From Thalia democratica (lineage: Eukaryota), in assembly GCA_965202585.1 (NCBI GenBank), contig OZ241832.1:65100001-65164000 (forward strand): a stretch of DNA of 64,000 nt. Direction: 5' to 3'. Of the stretch, positions 37,018 to 51,079 are shown piece after piece. The number at the start of each line of letters is the position of its first letter. Position 1 is the first letter of the stretch. A program made the translations under genes and the position numbers. The notes under the pieces are model-generated. The model saw only the letters and a list, made by a program, of their open reading frames with translations, did no database searches and was not told the origin of the DNA.

Positions 37018-39090
37018 ATTTAAACAAAATGTTCTGGCAATTAATCACCGTTCTTTTTGTCTTCTTTGATCAAATTTAAATAAATTATTCTAACAATCAA
37101 TTTATTATCTTTAACTCTTTAGTCAAATTCAAATGCGAAGCTATCTAACAATTATTTTATTTGGCTCCAATGAATACTTTTTTAAATAAAAGAGAAAACA
37201 CTGAAATTTTTAATATATTATAATTTTTTGAATGAATCATGTTGTGGTAAAAACTTAGTTGATCCCATTTCAATTGGATCCTTGTTCAGTCAAACTTGAT
37301 TGTTGAAAGCAGGTTTTCATCAGATGTGTGTTTGTGTTGTTTAAAAAAATTTTCTTCTGTTGTTTCAAAATTTTCCATGACTGAAACCAAACTTTCATCA
37401 TTAGAATCTACTTTCAATGACTAGTAATTTTTACAATAGAATATAAATTCTAATTATTCACTTTTATAAATTCAAATGTTTCTCAGGTATATGTTCAATT
37501 TTTTAAGAGCTTCATACTTTTTTTTTATCTCTTTTGCCTTATAAAAATTAAGCATACATTTTTTGATATTAGGATCTAATACCAAATGATTTCTCTTTAT
37601 TACTTGACATCCTAATTTTTTTGATGTTTCTCAGGTACATAGGTAATTATTTTATAACAGTTTTATACTCTGTGGTTATTCATTACTTAAAAAAAGCTTT
37701 ATTAATGACATTTAGAAAATCAGCAGTACTATGGCTTAAAATCATGTTTTAATATACAATATTCTTTAAGGTTGTTAAAGACTTACTTTTCATGTTTCCA
37801 AAATACTTTTAGTACACCTATAGTTTTTTTTTCCCCTGAATGATTGGTCTTATTATATGTAAGAGGGTGCCCTTCGAATACTATTTTGTTGTGTTTGCCT
37901 ACACAAGGTACTTCAGTAGAGTGTTTACTCTATAATTCTTTTGTCGCTTTTAAACTTTGAGAAAAAATACGTCAATTTATTAATGTTTTCTTCAACCTTC
38001 CACGCCTCTTCTAATTCTAGATCGCGACTTCTTCTGCGTTAAATCCGGTAAAGAAACTAACACTGGAAATCTTACCACCATAAAAAAGCTGATCCGCTGA
38101 CAGTCGACGACTCTCACTTTTTGTCTGAATCATTCTAATGATATTAAACATAGTTGGATCATTAGTATTATTCTCCATAATCAAATTTAAACAAAATGTT
38201 CTGGCAATTAATCACCGTTCTTTTTGTCTTCTTTGATCAAATTTAAATAAATTATTCTAACAATCAATTTATTATCTTTAACTCTTTAGTCAAATTCAAA
38301 TGCGAAGCTATCTAACAATTATTTTATTTGGCTCCAATGAATACTTTTTTAAATAAAAGAGAAAACACTGAAATTTTTAATATATTATAATTTTTTGAAT
38401 GAATCATGTTGTGGTAAAAACTTTGTTGATCCCATTTCAATTGGATCCTTGTTCAGTCAAACTTGATTGTTGAAAGCAGGTTTTCATCAGATGTGTGTTT
38501 GTGTTGTTTAAAAAAATCTTCTTCTGTTGTTTCAAAATTTTCCATAACTGAAACCAAACTTTCATCATTAGAATCTACTTTCAATGACTAGTAATTTTTA
38601 CAATAGAATATAAATTCTAATTATTCACTGTTATAAATTCAAATGTTTCTCAGGTATATGTTCAATTTTTTAAGAGCTTCATACTTTCTTTTTATCTCTT
38701 TTGCCTTATAAAAATTAAGCATACATTTTTTGATATTAGGATCTAATACCAAATGATTTCTCTTTATTACTTGACATCCTAATTTTTTTGATGTTTCTCA
38801 GGTACATAGGTAATTATTTTATAACAGTTTTATACTCTGTGGTTATTCATTACTTAAAAAAAGCTTTATTAATGACATTTAGAAAATCAGCAGTACTATG
38901 GCTTAAAATCATGTTTTAATATACAATATTCTTTAAGCTTGTTTAAGACTTACTTTTCATGTTTCCAAAATACTTTTAGTACACCTATAGTTTTTTTTTC
39001 CCTGAATGATTGGTCTTATTATATGTAAGAGGGTGCCCTTCGAATACTATTTTGTTGTGTTTGCCTACACAAGGTACTTCAGTAGAGTGT

Positions 39091-39351
39091 TTACTCTATA
39101 ATTCTTTTGTCGCTTTTAAACTTTGAGAAAAAATACGTCAATTTATTAATGTTATCTTCAACCTTCCACGCCTCTTCTAATTCTAGATCGCCGACTTCTT
39201 CTGCGTTAAATCCGGTAAAGAAACTAACACTGGAAATCTTACCACCATAAAAAAGCTGATCCGCTGACAGTCGACGACTCTCACTTTTTGTCTGAATCAT
39301 TCTAATGATATTAAACATAGTTGGATCATTAGTATTATTCTCCATAATCAA
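39091..39351 (-). CDS. 86-aa ORF, tandem unit 4
   Basis: Near-identical copy. Units 3 (~37925-38184) and 5 (~40258-40517) carry a 1-bp deletion. Confidence 0.25.
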   Translation of the reverse strand: MIMENNTNDPTMFNIIRMIQTKSESRRLSADQLFYGGKISSVSFFTGFNAEEVGDLELEEAWKVEDNINKLTYFFSKFKSDKRIIE

Positions 39352-41423
39352 ATTTAAACAAAATGTTCTGGCAATTAATCACCGTTCTTTTTGTCTTCTT
39401 TGATCAAATTTAAATAAATTATTCTAACAATCAATTTATTATCTTTAACTCTTTAGTCAAATTCAAATGCAAAGCTATCTAACAATTATTTTATTTGGCT
39501 CCAATGAATACTTTTTTAAATGAAAGAGAAAACACTGAAATTTTTAATATATTATAATTTTTTGAATGAATCATGTTGTGGTAAAAACTTTGTTGATCCC
39601 ATTTCAATTGGATCCTTGTTCAGTCAAACTTGATTGTTGAAAGCAGGTTTTCATCAGATGTGTGTTTGTGTTGTTTAAAAAAATTTTCTTCTGTTGTTTC
39701 AAAATTTTCCATAACTGAAACCAAACTTTCATCATTAGAATCTACTTTCAATGACTAGTAATTTTTACAATAGAATATAAATTCTAATTATTCACTTTTA
39801 TAAATTCAAATGTTTCTCAGGTATATGTTCAATTTTTTAAGAGCTTCATACTTTCTTTTTATCTCTTTTGCCTTATAAAAATTAAGCATACATTTTTTGA
39901 TATTAGGATCTAATACCAAATGATTTCTCTTTATTACTTGACATCCTAATTTTTTTGATGTTTCTCAGGTACATAGGTAATTATTTTATAACAGTTTTAT
40001 ACTCTGTGGTTATTCATTACTTAAAAAAAGCTTTATTAATGACATTTAGAAAATCAGCAGTACTATGGCTTAAAATAATGTTTTAATATACAATATTCTT
40101 TAAGCTTGTTTAAGACTTACTTTTCATGTTTCCAAAATACTTTTAGTACACCTATAGTTTTTTTTTCCCTGAATGATTGGTCTTATTATATGTAAGAGGG
40201 TGCCCTTCGAATACTATTTTGTTGTGTTTGCCTACACAAGGTACTTCAGTAGAGTGTTTACTCTATAATTCTTTTGTCGCTTTTAAACTTTGAGAAAAAA
40301 TACCTCAATTTATTAATGTTATCTTCAACCTTCCACGCCTCTTCTAATTCTAGATCGCAACTTCTTCTGCGTTAAATCCGGTAAAGAAACTAACACTGGA
40401 AATCTTACCACCATAAAAAAGCTGATCCGCTGACAGTCGACGACTCTCACTTTTTGTCTGAATCATTCTAATGATATTAAACATAGTTGGATCATTAGTA
40501 TTATTCTCCATAATCAAATTTAAACAAAATGTTCTGGCAATTAATCACCGTTCTTTTTGTCTTCTTTGATCAAATTTAAATAAATTATTCTAACAATCAA
40601 TTTATTATCTTTAACTCTTTAGTCAAATTCAAATGCGAAGCTATCTAACAATTATTTTATTTGGCTCCAATGAATACTTTTTTAAATAAAAGAGAAAACA
40701 CTGAAATTTTTAATATATTATAATTTTTTGAATGAATCATGTTGTGGTAAAAACTTTGTTGATCCCATTTCAATTGGATCCTTGTTCAGTCAAACTTGAT
40801 TGTTGAAAGCAGGTTTTCATCAGATGTGTGTTTGAGTTGTTTAAAAAAATTTTCTTCTGTTGTTTCAAAATTTTCCATAATTGAAACCAAACTTTCATCA
40901 TTAGAATCTACTTTCAATGACTAGTAATTTTTACAATAGAATATAAATTTCAATTATTCACTTTTATAAATTCAAATGTTTCTCAGGTATATGTTCAATT
41001 TTTTAAGAGCTTCATACTTTCTTTTTATCTCTTTTGCCTTATAAAAATTAAGCATACATTTTTTGATATTAGGATCTAATACCAAATGATTTCTCTTTAT
41101 TACTTGACATCCTAATTTTTTTAATGTTTCTGAGGTACATAGGTAATTATTTTATAACAGTTTTATACTCTGTGGTTATTCATTACTTAAAAAAAGCTTT
41201 ATTAATGACATTTAGAAAATCAGCAGTACTATGGCTTAAAATCATGTTTTAATATACAATATTCTTTAAGCTTGTTTAAGACTTACTTTTCATGTTTCCA
41301 AAATACTTTTAGTACACCTATAGTTTTTTTTCCCCTGAATGATTGGTCTTATTATATGTAAGAGGGTGCCCTTCGAATACTATTTTGTTGTGTTTGCCTA
41401 CACAAGGTACTTCAGTAGAGTGT

Positions 41424-41684
41424 TTACTCTATAATTCTTTTGTCGCTTTTAAACTTTGAGAAAAAATACGTCAATTTATTAATGTTATCTTCAACCTTCC
41501 ACGCCTCTTCTAATTCTAGATCGCCGACTTCTTCTGCGTTAAATCCGGTAAAGAAACTAACACTGGAAATCTTACCACCATAAAAAAGCTGATCCGCTGA
41601 CAGTCGACGACTCTCACTTTTTGTCTGAATCATTCTAATGATATTAAACATAGTTGGATCATTAGTATTATTCTCCATAATCAA
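41424..41684 (-). CDS. 86-aa ORF, tandem unit 6
   Basis: Near-identical copy. Confidence 0.25.
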   Translation of the reverse strand: MIMENNTNDPTMFNIIRMIQTKSESRRLSADQLFYGGKISSVSFFTGFNAEEVGDLELEEAWKVEDNINKLTYFFSKFKSDKRIIE

Positions 41685-43299
41685 ATTTAAACAAAATGTT
41701 CTGGCAATTAATCACCGTTCTTTTTGTCTTCTTTGATCAAATTTAAATAAATTATTCTAACAATCAATTTATTATCTTTAACTCTTTAGTCAAATTCAAA
41801 TGCAAAGCTATCTAACAATTATTTTATTTGGCTCCAATGAATACTTTTTTAAATAAAAGAGAAAACACTGAAATTTTTAATATATTATAATTTTTTGAAT
41901 GAATCATGTTGTGGTAAAAACTTTGTTGATCCCATTTCAATTGGATCCTTGTTCAGTCAAACTTGATTGTTGAAAGCAGGTTTTCATCAGATGTGTGTTT
42001 GTGTTGTTTAAAAAAATTTTCTTCTGTTGTTTCAAAATTTTCCATAACTGAAACCAAACTTTCATCATTAGAATCTACTTTCAATGACTAGTAATTTTTA
42101 CAATAGAATATAAATTCTAATTATTCACTTTTATAAATTCAAATGTTTCTCAGGTATATGTTCAATTTTTTAAGAGCTTCATACTTTCTTTTTATCTCTT
42201 TTGCCTTATAAAAATTAAGCATACATTTTTTGATATTAGGATCTAATACCAAATGATTTCTCTTTATTACTTGACATCCTAATTTTTTTGATGTTTCTCA
42301 GGTACATAGGTATTTATTTTATAACAGTTTTATACTCTGTGGTTATTCATTACTTAAAAAAAGCTTTATTAATGACATTTAGAAAATCAGCAGTACTATG
42401 GCTTAAAATCATGTTTTAATATACAATATTCTTTATGCTTGTTTAAGATTTACTTTTCATGTTTCCAAAATAATAGCTTACATATTTTACAAATTTACAT
42501 TTTATCTCTTACCATAAAACATTCATCAAAAGTGATCATGCTTTATCACTTGACTTCCAAAGATGAACTTTGCAGTGCTCAACTTATTAAGACTCAAAGG
42601 ATTGCTCAAAACAATCTACTTTTTTACCTTTAACAAAGTATACATTATAACTATCCTGTTAAGGATAAATATCTATTTTTGTGTGAAGTCCGCAATGTTT
42701 TTATACGATGAATGAGTTCCCATTTGGATAACAAATAGTTTTCTGATTCTAAATTGTTTTAAAAACAAAGATTGCCTTTGTACTGGTTTTAATTAAAATT
42801 GTACTTATTTTATTTGAAAGCTAAATATTTCAATTGTGTAAGCTTTCATTTTGTAAACTCACATTTATATCTTTTATACCTACTCCCACAAAATTTAATA
42901 GTTATCACATTATACCCTTTTGTGTATGCAAACATGCTATTTCTACAACCAGTATGATGTAAGAACTAAAATTTCAATTGACTGCTATATGAGTGATTCT
43001 CTTACATGAATGAAGCAATGCCTGAACATTTTTGTTGCTTCTATTAAATCAAACCAGTTGTAATTTTTTCTTTTTGTACAAGGCTAGACTTATTGAACAT
43101 ACAGTATACTAAAAAATGTTTATATACTTAAACAAGTATACTTGACTTAAAATTATTTTTTTAACTAATATTATGTTTTAACAACCAAACAGTGGAGTTG
43201 CCACATACAATTTGTTCATCTCTAGCTACGCTATCTTCAACAACTTGTCTTTGACTATTGTTTATTTTCGGATTTTTTTTCCTATTTTGGAATTAAGTG

Positions 43300-45130
43300 T
43301 TTTGAATGAGACTCTTTATTTTTGTGTAATATTTTCCTTTCCTAGGAATAAATACACTCGACGTAGGTATTAAGGTCAGTTTTTCTGTACACCTATAAAA
43401 AAGTATTAAGAAAAGAAACATTTTACTCATTGTAAATATGTGTTTAGTACTACCACTAAAATGCTTGCATCGAAAAAATGGTAATTTTTTTTCTAGATTC
43501 TTCTACTTTTACATGTTTATATTTGAAAGCCAGCCACAATACGGGTTGTGCTTACTAAATTACCACTTAAATATATTTTATCTTTTTAGGTTAATTACAT
43601 AAACTAAATATTATTCTTGATCAAAATAAAATTTATTAATTGGAACTATTTAGATTATTTACAGTTCAAAATATTTTCAAATACTTTCTTTTGCTTTAAC
43701 TTTCAATAAGTTGAGTGGCAGTGCACATAGTTCCAACAATATTTTTATTTGAAAAAATTATTTATTTGATAATTTTTCATTGTTTTTAAAGTTACTTCTT
43801 CCTTTTTTACAATAAAATTCTTCATCATTCACAGGAAAACTTATCAAACCTGTTTTCTGTTTGAATGAATTCAATACCAGTTTCATAAACATAAATTTGT
43901 GTTTAGTTTATAAAAACCTAATATGGTTGTTGCAATGCAAGATTTAATTTTTCTTCTCTTCAAATGTTCCTGTTATAACAATATTAGCAATTTATAAAGC
44001 ATTACTTTTTTTTCGTATGAACAAATACACACTATGTAGGTTTTAAGATCAGTTTTGCTGTACAAATATACAACTCTTTTATGAAAAAAGCTTACAATTT
44101 AATCATTGTGAATTTATGTATTTTATATAACTAAAATGTTGGCAATGAGCCAAGGCCCAAGAAAAAGGTATTTGTTTTTCTGGATTTTTCTATTTTGATA
44201 TGATTATTTTTTAAAATATCAAAAACAATATTACACCAATCTTACTTTACATCATTAATTTAAAAATTGAAAGACTTTTTTACGTGATCTTTAGAAACTG
44301 GCCATTTTATATAATATCAATGGTCCTAAGATTTTAAAATTTTGACTTTTTAGCTTTGTCAAAGCTTGAAATTTAATTTTCAATGTTTTCTTCTTCTGTT
44401 TCACTTTCACTTGTTATACTTTCGTTTGTTAGACCTTCAGATTCGTTATTTTCTTCAGCAACTATTTTTCTTCTACTCTTATTGAATGTCTTTAGTGAGA
44501 CTCCATTTTTGTGTAAAATTTTCCCTTATATGAATAAGTACACTCAGTGTAGGTTTTAAGGTCAGTTTTTATGCACAAATATAGAACTTGTTCATGAAAT
44601 ACTAAATAAAAACTACATTTTGTGTATTATGAATATTTTGTATTTATTTTTATTACAACTAGAATGCAGGCAATAAGCCAAGGCTCAAAAAGATGGTAAT
44701 TGTTTTTTTCAATTCTTCTATTTTAACATGATTATTTCTAAAAGCCAGCGCACAATACAGGTTACTTACTTAATCATTATCAGGTGAATTTGTTTTTCCT
44801 TTCTAGGTCAATTACATGAAGTAATTATTATTTTTGATCAAAATGAAATTTATTAATTTTTTTTTGAGCTATTTTGATCAAATATAGCTATTTTGATATT
44901 TACAATTCAAAATTTTTTTTAAATACTTTCTTAGGCTTTAACTTTAAATAATTCATAGTGGCAGTGCACCAAGTTCCAATTTTTATTTGATAATATAATT
45001 TATTTGAACACTTTTTCACTGTATTAAAGTTACTTCTTCCTTTTCTTTTCAAGGAATTTTTCATCATTTACAGGGAAACTTATAGAACCTGTTTTCTGTC
45101 TGAATGAATTCAACTCCAGTTTCATCTCCA
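43300..45130. repeat. Old degenerate internal duplication cluster
   Basis: 43440-43910 resembles 44660-45125. The motif tacact..gtaggt.ttaag.tcagtttt..gtac recurs at ~43350, ~44030 and ~44540. Confidence 0.65.
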
Positions 45131-45259
45131 AAACCAAATACAACAAACAAAAATACTTTTTAGTAATTTTTCATAGCCATGGTTGTCACTACAAATATAT
45201 GGTTGTAAAATAAATCTGAAAATTAAGTCCAAACTTTTGTTAATATACCTTATTCTAAT

Positions 45260-45785
45260 TAAAATGCAGGATGAGAATTGTTTAGAATTTAATAACATTT
45301 TATTTCATTATATTTTGTAAAAGAGCTACACTCTTCCATCAAAAATTTTGATTTTTAAGAATTTCATCATCAATTTGCTTTTGAATTACCATTTTTTTGT
45401 GTGCTACAAAAAGTTCTGTTATCGCTTTTGTTATAGAATATTCTTGATCACTGACAAAAATTAATTTGGAGATTCCCAATCTTTTAAATAAAAAGTTTCA
45501 TCTGCTATTTCTTGCAAGGTTTTATCTATGGTTTCAAAAAAATAAATATAAACATCAAATTTCAGGATGCTTGAAAAAAAAATTAGTCCTATAAAAGAAG
45601 CAAGGTCTTTTGAAATTGTGCGATACAGCTTTATATTTGTATAACTTAATGTAGTAATATAAAACTCTGACCTATCAAAAGTTTTATCAACTTGGATAAG
45701 ACATATATAGTTTGAATTTGTAACAAGCAAGAATAGGTCATATTGACTGTCCTTAATATATAATACAAAAGATGGCAATTCACTT
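45260..45785 (-). mobile_element. MULE family 2 transposase fragment
   Basis: ORF 45461-45778 contains IQVDKTFDRSEFYITTLSY...FETIDKTLQEIADETF, followed by SDQEYSITK. Confidence 0.8.
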
Positions 45786-46550
45786 TTACATTTATTTAAG
45801 ATGTATCTTCACACAAAGCAGATCATATAAAGAGTTAACAAAGTTTTCATAATATTCATTATCAACATTCCTTAGTTCAAAATTGCAAGCAGGAAAACAA
45901 TAATTAATTTTAAACATTTCTTTAATATTAAGAAGATGTAATTTAGTAGAATTTTCAAGTTCTTCAATTAATTTTAAAGGTCTAAGCAATTGATCATTAA
46001 GGAGCTGCTTAATTTTCTTATTTACACTTTCAGCATTATTATGTTTATAGAGTGCATGTACATGGAGTATTACATGTAAAATTTTTAATTAAACGATCAC
46101 AACATGGATCTTAATTTTATGAAATATTTGAAATGTATAGCATTTAATTGATTCATTACTATTTATGTATTCTGAAAAGTTTGAAATTAAATGAAAATTA
46201 TCATGAAGTTTATTTATGGTCCTGCAGTAAGATGATTTTTTACCATTAGTTTAAGTTTTTTTTTAAAATTAGTTTTATGAGAGATACTTTTTGGTACTTG
46301 TAAATGGCAAAAATACATATCTATGTTATTAGAAGTCTCATTTAAAGAACTTACAATACTTGCTTCCTAGTCAGTGCAAAATGAAAATAATTGGTTAAAG
46401 GTTTGATTTATGTTTTGTTTTACAAAATCTCTCATTAATACTTTAAAGTGAAATCAGGTTTTCATCAGAAGTTTGTTTGTTTTGTTTTAAATAAAATCTA
46501 GTTTGTTGTCATCAATTTTTATACATTTTTGATGAATCTCAACAAAGCTT

Positions 46551-46630
46551 GTTCCCTCTTCCGGATCAACAATTCCCTCTTCTGCGTCAACAATTCCCTC
46601 TTCCGGATTAAAAATTCCTTCTTCTGGGTA
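46551..46630. repeat. 21-bp minisatellite, ~4 copies (PEEG-type peptide repeat on minus strand)
   Basis: aattccctcttccggatcaac-like units. Translates as PEEGIFNPEEGIVDAEEGIVDPEEGT. Confidence 0.85.
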
Positions 46631-46639
46631 TTTTTCATT

Positions 46640-46900
46640 TTTGAGGCTGAAAAGACCGCAGTCAATAGTAGTGCCCAATTTAAAATGTTTAACAATTATT
46701 GGCTTCCAATGTCTCCCTATCTCATTTTTCTCTTTTTTCATTAAATTCATACCTTTTTACTTAAAAATGTTTATCATTAAAAGATTAAGGAAAAGTTGTT
46801 AATAAACTTTTACCGCTGCCAAATACTCAGTAAAGAATTCTTTGAGTTGCCGTCCTCTATGATACTTTGCTGTGCTGAACTTTTTAGAAAATTCATTTGA
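46640..46900 (-). mobile_element. Merlin transposase fragment (third variant)
   Basis: FSTAKYHRGRQL resembles DESKF.K.KY.RGR. The segment ..IIVKHFKLGTTID resembles .IIxxHIxxGTTIISD. Confidence 0.65.
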
Positions 46901-47489
46901 TTTTGTGTGTGGTGGAGTGTTGGATTTTAAATTATTTTTTTGTTTATGTAATGATTTATTTTTGGAGTAAGGTCTTATAGCCCCGGGTTTTAGTTTCAAT
47001 TTTAGTTTAAAAAATTAAAACAATGGCAGTCTATACCTGTATTACAATGTTGGAAACGTTCATTATCTAAAATTATTATTTAATTATGATATTTATAGTT
47101 TTACTAGAATACACCTTTCTACTTCTTACACCTAAAATACTATAATTATTATAATTTATATTATTATTGAAAAAGAAATCTTTTTTAAATTTTCTAAAGC
47201 TGTTTTTATCTAGGTTATAGCTACTAATTTCTTAATCCGGTAGTTTAGAGATTACCTTTGGGTTTACAATATATTTTTTGATATCTTTAAATTGAAAAAG
47301 CAGTAACTATCTTAATTTTTGGACTATAATTTTAGGACTTGCAGGTTCCTTTACAGCTGACTTATTCAAAAATTGGTGTTTTCTGCTACATTGTTTAAAA
47401 ACAGGCTTGTTCAGGTTTAAACAAATATATGGTTGTAAAACAAATCTGAAAATTAAGTCCCAACTTTTGTTAATATGCCTTTTTCTTTT

Positions 47490-48760
47490 TAAAGTGCAGG
47501 ATGAGAATTGTTTAGAATTTAATATATTATTTTATTTCATTATATTTTGTAAAAGAGCTACACTCTTCCATCAAAAATTTTTATTTTTAAGAATTTCATT
47601 ATCAATATTTGCTTTTGAATTACCATTTTTTGTGTGCTACAAAAGATTCTGTTAGAATTTGAAAACACAGAATTAACCGCTTTTGTTATAGAATATTCTT
47701 GTTCACTGACAAAAATTGATTTGGAGATTCCCAATCTTTTAAATAAAAAGTTTCATCTGCTATTTCTTGCAAGATTTTATCTATGGTTTAAAAAAAATAA
47801 ATATAAACATCAAATTTCAGGATGCTTGAAAAAAATTAGTCCTATAAAAGAAGCAAGGTCTTTTGAAATCTGCGATACAGCTTTATATTTGTATGACTTA
47901 ATGTAGTAATATAAAACTCTGACTTATCAAAAGTCTTATCAACTTGGATAAAATATTTATAATTTGGGTTTGTAATAAGCTTGTATAGGCCATAAAAACT
48001 GTCTTTTTTTATATAATACAACAAATTGCAATTGTTATTTACATTTGTTTAAAATGTTACCATTACCAGCCTTTTTACTTAGATTACAGATTTCTTCAAC
48101 CACATTTCTGTCAACCAAACGTTTATTTTTGGTTTTTTCTCTACTCCCTTTGTTACATCTGTACATTCCTCTTTTTATTTTATAACTGAATTTAAAAGTA
48201 TTAGTAAGTTTAATGCTATTTATATTTAATAAGAAATTTATTGAGTAGTTTGTAAAACAAGTAATTACTTGCATGGTTTGCTGCATTTTGGACACAGAGC
48301 TCCTTTTGGCAAAACTCTGTGTTGTTGAAGAAACTTTCTGGAGAATTTATTGTCTTCTGTTTGGGCGTCAAATAATACTATTCTTATTAAGGGCTGTCTA
48401 TACAAAAATAGTTCATAATAAAATTATACATTAACTCTATAGCTTCTTACTAATTAATGTTTATCTTTAAGAGTTTGGAGAAGTTGTTTGTTATGGTACT
48501 ACGTTACCAAGCGATGTTTTTAGTTTTTATAAGTTAATGTAGTAATATTAACTCTGACCTATCAAAAGTCTTATCAACGGGGATAAAACTTTATAATTTT
48601 AGTTTGTAACAAGCAAAACAGGTCATATAGACTATCCTTAAAATATGATACAAACAAAGGCAATTCACTTTTACATTTATTTAAAATGTATCTTTGGACT
48701 AATGTCATCATTACCAGCTTTTTACTTAGATCACATATTTCTTTGACCACATTTCTGTCA
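47490..48760 (-). mobile_element. MULE family 2 transposase fragments
   Basis: Paralog of 9480-10760. Contains FIQVDKTFDKSEFYITTL. Confidence 0.8.
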
Positions 48761-49330
48761 TCTTAACGGTTTGACAAAAACTCATTTTTAGTTTTGTTTT
48801 CTCACATTTCTATTAAAGGCAGGACCAATTGCAGCAATACTTTTATGGGCCTGGATCTTATAGTTGGTTAATAATGTTGCAATTGTTTGTGGACATTTAT
48901 ATGCCACTAAAACATTCGGGTTCTATTTTGTTCTTTGTGAGTTTTAAAAGTTTTGGAAAGTTTGTTGTCCAAAGACTTATATTCTCAGTAAGTTTTCTTG
49001 CCTTCTTCACTGGAGGTCCAAACCGATCTTTCCATTCTGCTATGAATTTAACCATATTGTCAACTAAAGCTTAACAAAAGCAAGACTTATAACATTTATC
49101 TTTTAAAAACTTTATTGCTTCTAGATAATCACTGTCACGTTTGCACAATCTCCTTAGTCTTAATGACTCTCCGAATACAATTGATTTGTAACTGGAGCGT
49201 GGATGGTGTGACTTTCCATTTACAAATACACTTTTTCTTGCTGTTGGTAATTTCAACATTTATAATTTCTTTACTTTCATTAAAATTAGTTTTTCAATGT
49301 TTTAAATATCACGATTATCATCTGTTGCTT
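48760..49330 (-). mobile_element. Penelope-like family A fragment (thumb and post-RT region)
   Basis: ORF 49071-49259: FVNGKSHHPRSSYKSIVFGESLRLRRLCKRDSDYLEAIKFLKDKCYKS. Confidence 0.85.
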
Positions 49331-51079
49331 CCTTAAAATTCACCAGAATTTTAATTATTATAATTCATTTATTTGTAATTCTTTTATAACAAATATTGCT
49401 TGAAAGATATAGTCAAACCATATATAATGATTTGTATTGTCTTATAGTTAAAGGAAAATGTTTTGGAAACTCGTACCTTCTAAGTTAAGGAATATTTTAG
49501 GAGTTACACTAGTTTGTGAAGGTTTTCAAGAAATTTTGTATATATATTGTTCTTTCACTTCCTGCCTAAGAGTTGAAGAAATTTTTTAACATGTTATTTT
49601 TAAACTTTTTAAGACATTACTGAGTTTTGTTTCACACTCTAAAAAAATAAAATTTAATTCAAAATCAGTAAAACATTTTTGTTACATAAATCTAATAATA
49701 CCAAAGTTTTTATTGACAAATTTTTTGTTTTTAAGGTAAAGTTATTAAATTTATTTGCCTATCATGGTAGTTTCTGTTTTTTTTGGTCCACTTTGAAGTA
49801 ACAATTAGTAAAATTTTAACTGTTTGTCTTTCACTTTACTACTTTAATATTATAACTTTCAAGCACAGCTTTTGTTTGGTTGGTACAATATTCTCAATTT
49901 TTATTTTTATAAACCTTTTGCAACTTATTATGAACAGATTATTCATTTTAGTATATAACTTTTTAGTACTACATACATTATACAAAAATCTAAGACAGGA
50001 TTCATTCAAAAACATCTTTTATTAGAGCAAAGAACAAATAAAATCTATTTTGGCTAACACTTATCAACTACTTTTGTTAGCAACTAATAGAGGTTACATT
50101 AGAAAAATCAATCAATTAACGAATTAGCATAGTTGAGCAAAAATTAATTAGAAATTTACAATTCATAACTACATATTTATAAATATTTAATCAGCAATTT
50201 AAGTAAGATAAGCAACAATAACAAAACAGACAATAAAATAAGCAACAAAAAAAAAAGAAAAAGAAATTCATAACAACTTATAAAGATAAGAATTATAAAG
50301 TATTGTTGCTTGCACAAATTAGGTTTAAACGTTTTTATAGATAAAGATTCTGGTGATAATCATTACAAGCTTTACTTATAATTGAAAAATTACTATCACT
50401 ATAGTTCTTTGCACAATCTAAATTGTTTAATAAGTGTTTGGCAATAGCGGATGATATTATTCTTTTTGTTTATATTTTATTTCACAAAGTTTTTCAAAAC
50501 TATACTAGTAAATTAATTTTCAAGTGGTAAATGTTTAATGAATTTGAAAAATAAAAGTTTGGCTAGTAAACAGTTTACAAAAAGAACTTAAATTATGACG
50601 TAAGAATAAATTTATTAAAAAATCTTTCTATAATATTACTTATTTTTTATAAATTATCTTATTTACAATTTTATATGCAATCCAATATACTGTTGTATAC
50701 TTCATAACTGTCACATGTTTTTTTCAAACAACTCTTTCTCTTTTATTTTATTGAATATTTTGTTGTCTTCTTCAACAACTTTTTAGATTTTGTTGTTAAA
50801 GTTGATATTAGAAAAATTACAGCTTGAAATATTTTTTTGATATAAGTTTGATTATATTAGCCATAATCTCCATATTTATTCTTGTGATACAGTCCAGTGT
50901 AATAAGTAATTATGTTTAAAAATATTCAATTCTGTGGTTAATTTAATCTCATCGGGTAAAGAGGGGTAACTCTGAAAGATTTATTCTCCAGCCTACATGT
51001 TTAAACACTTTTTAGAAAAGTGATTTTATTTCTTAAAATGTATAACTTTGACTAAGCAAATTTTAAAAAATAATTAAAC

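Larger units (their letters stand above)
35471..42472. repeat. Tandem array, 6 x ~1167 bp
   Basis: Unit start cttttagtacacctatag at ~35471, 36638, 37806, 38972, 40140 and 41305. The last unit ends catgtttccaaaata at ~42472. Units differ by a few SNPs and 1-bp indels. Confidence 0.97.

Noticed and set aside
35471-42472. CRISPR array or satellite gene cluster
   Set aside because: Whole 1167-bp units are near-identical with no unique spacers, there are no cas genes, and the context is eukaryotic.
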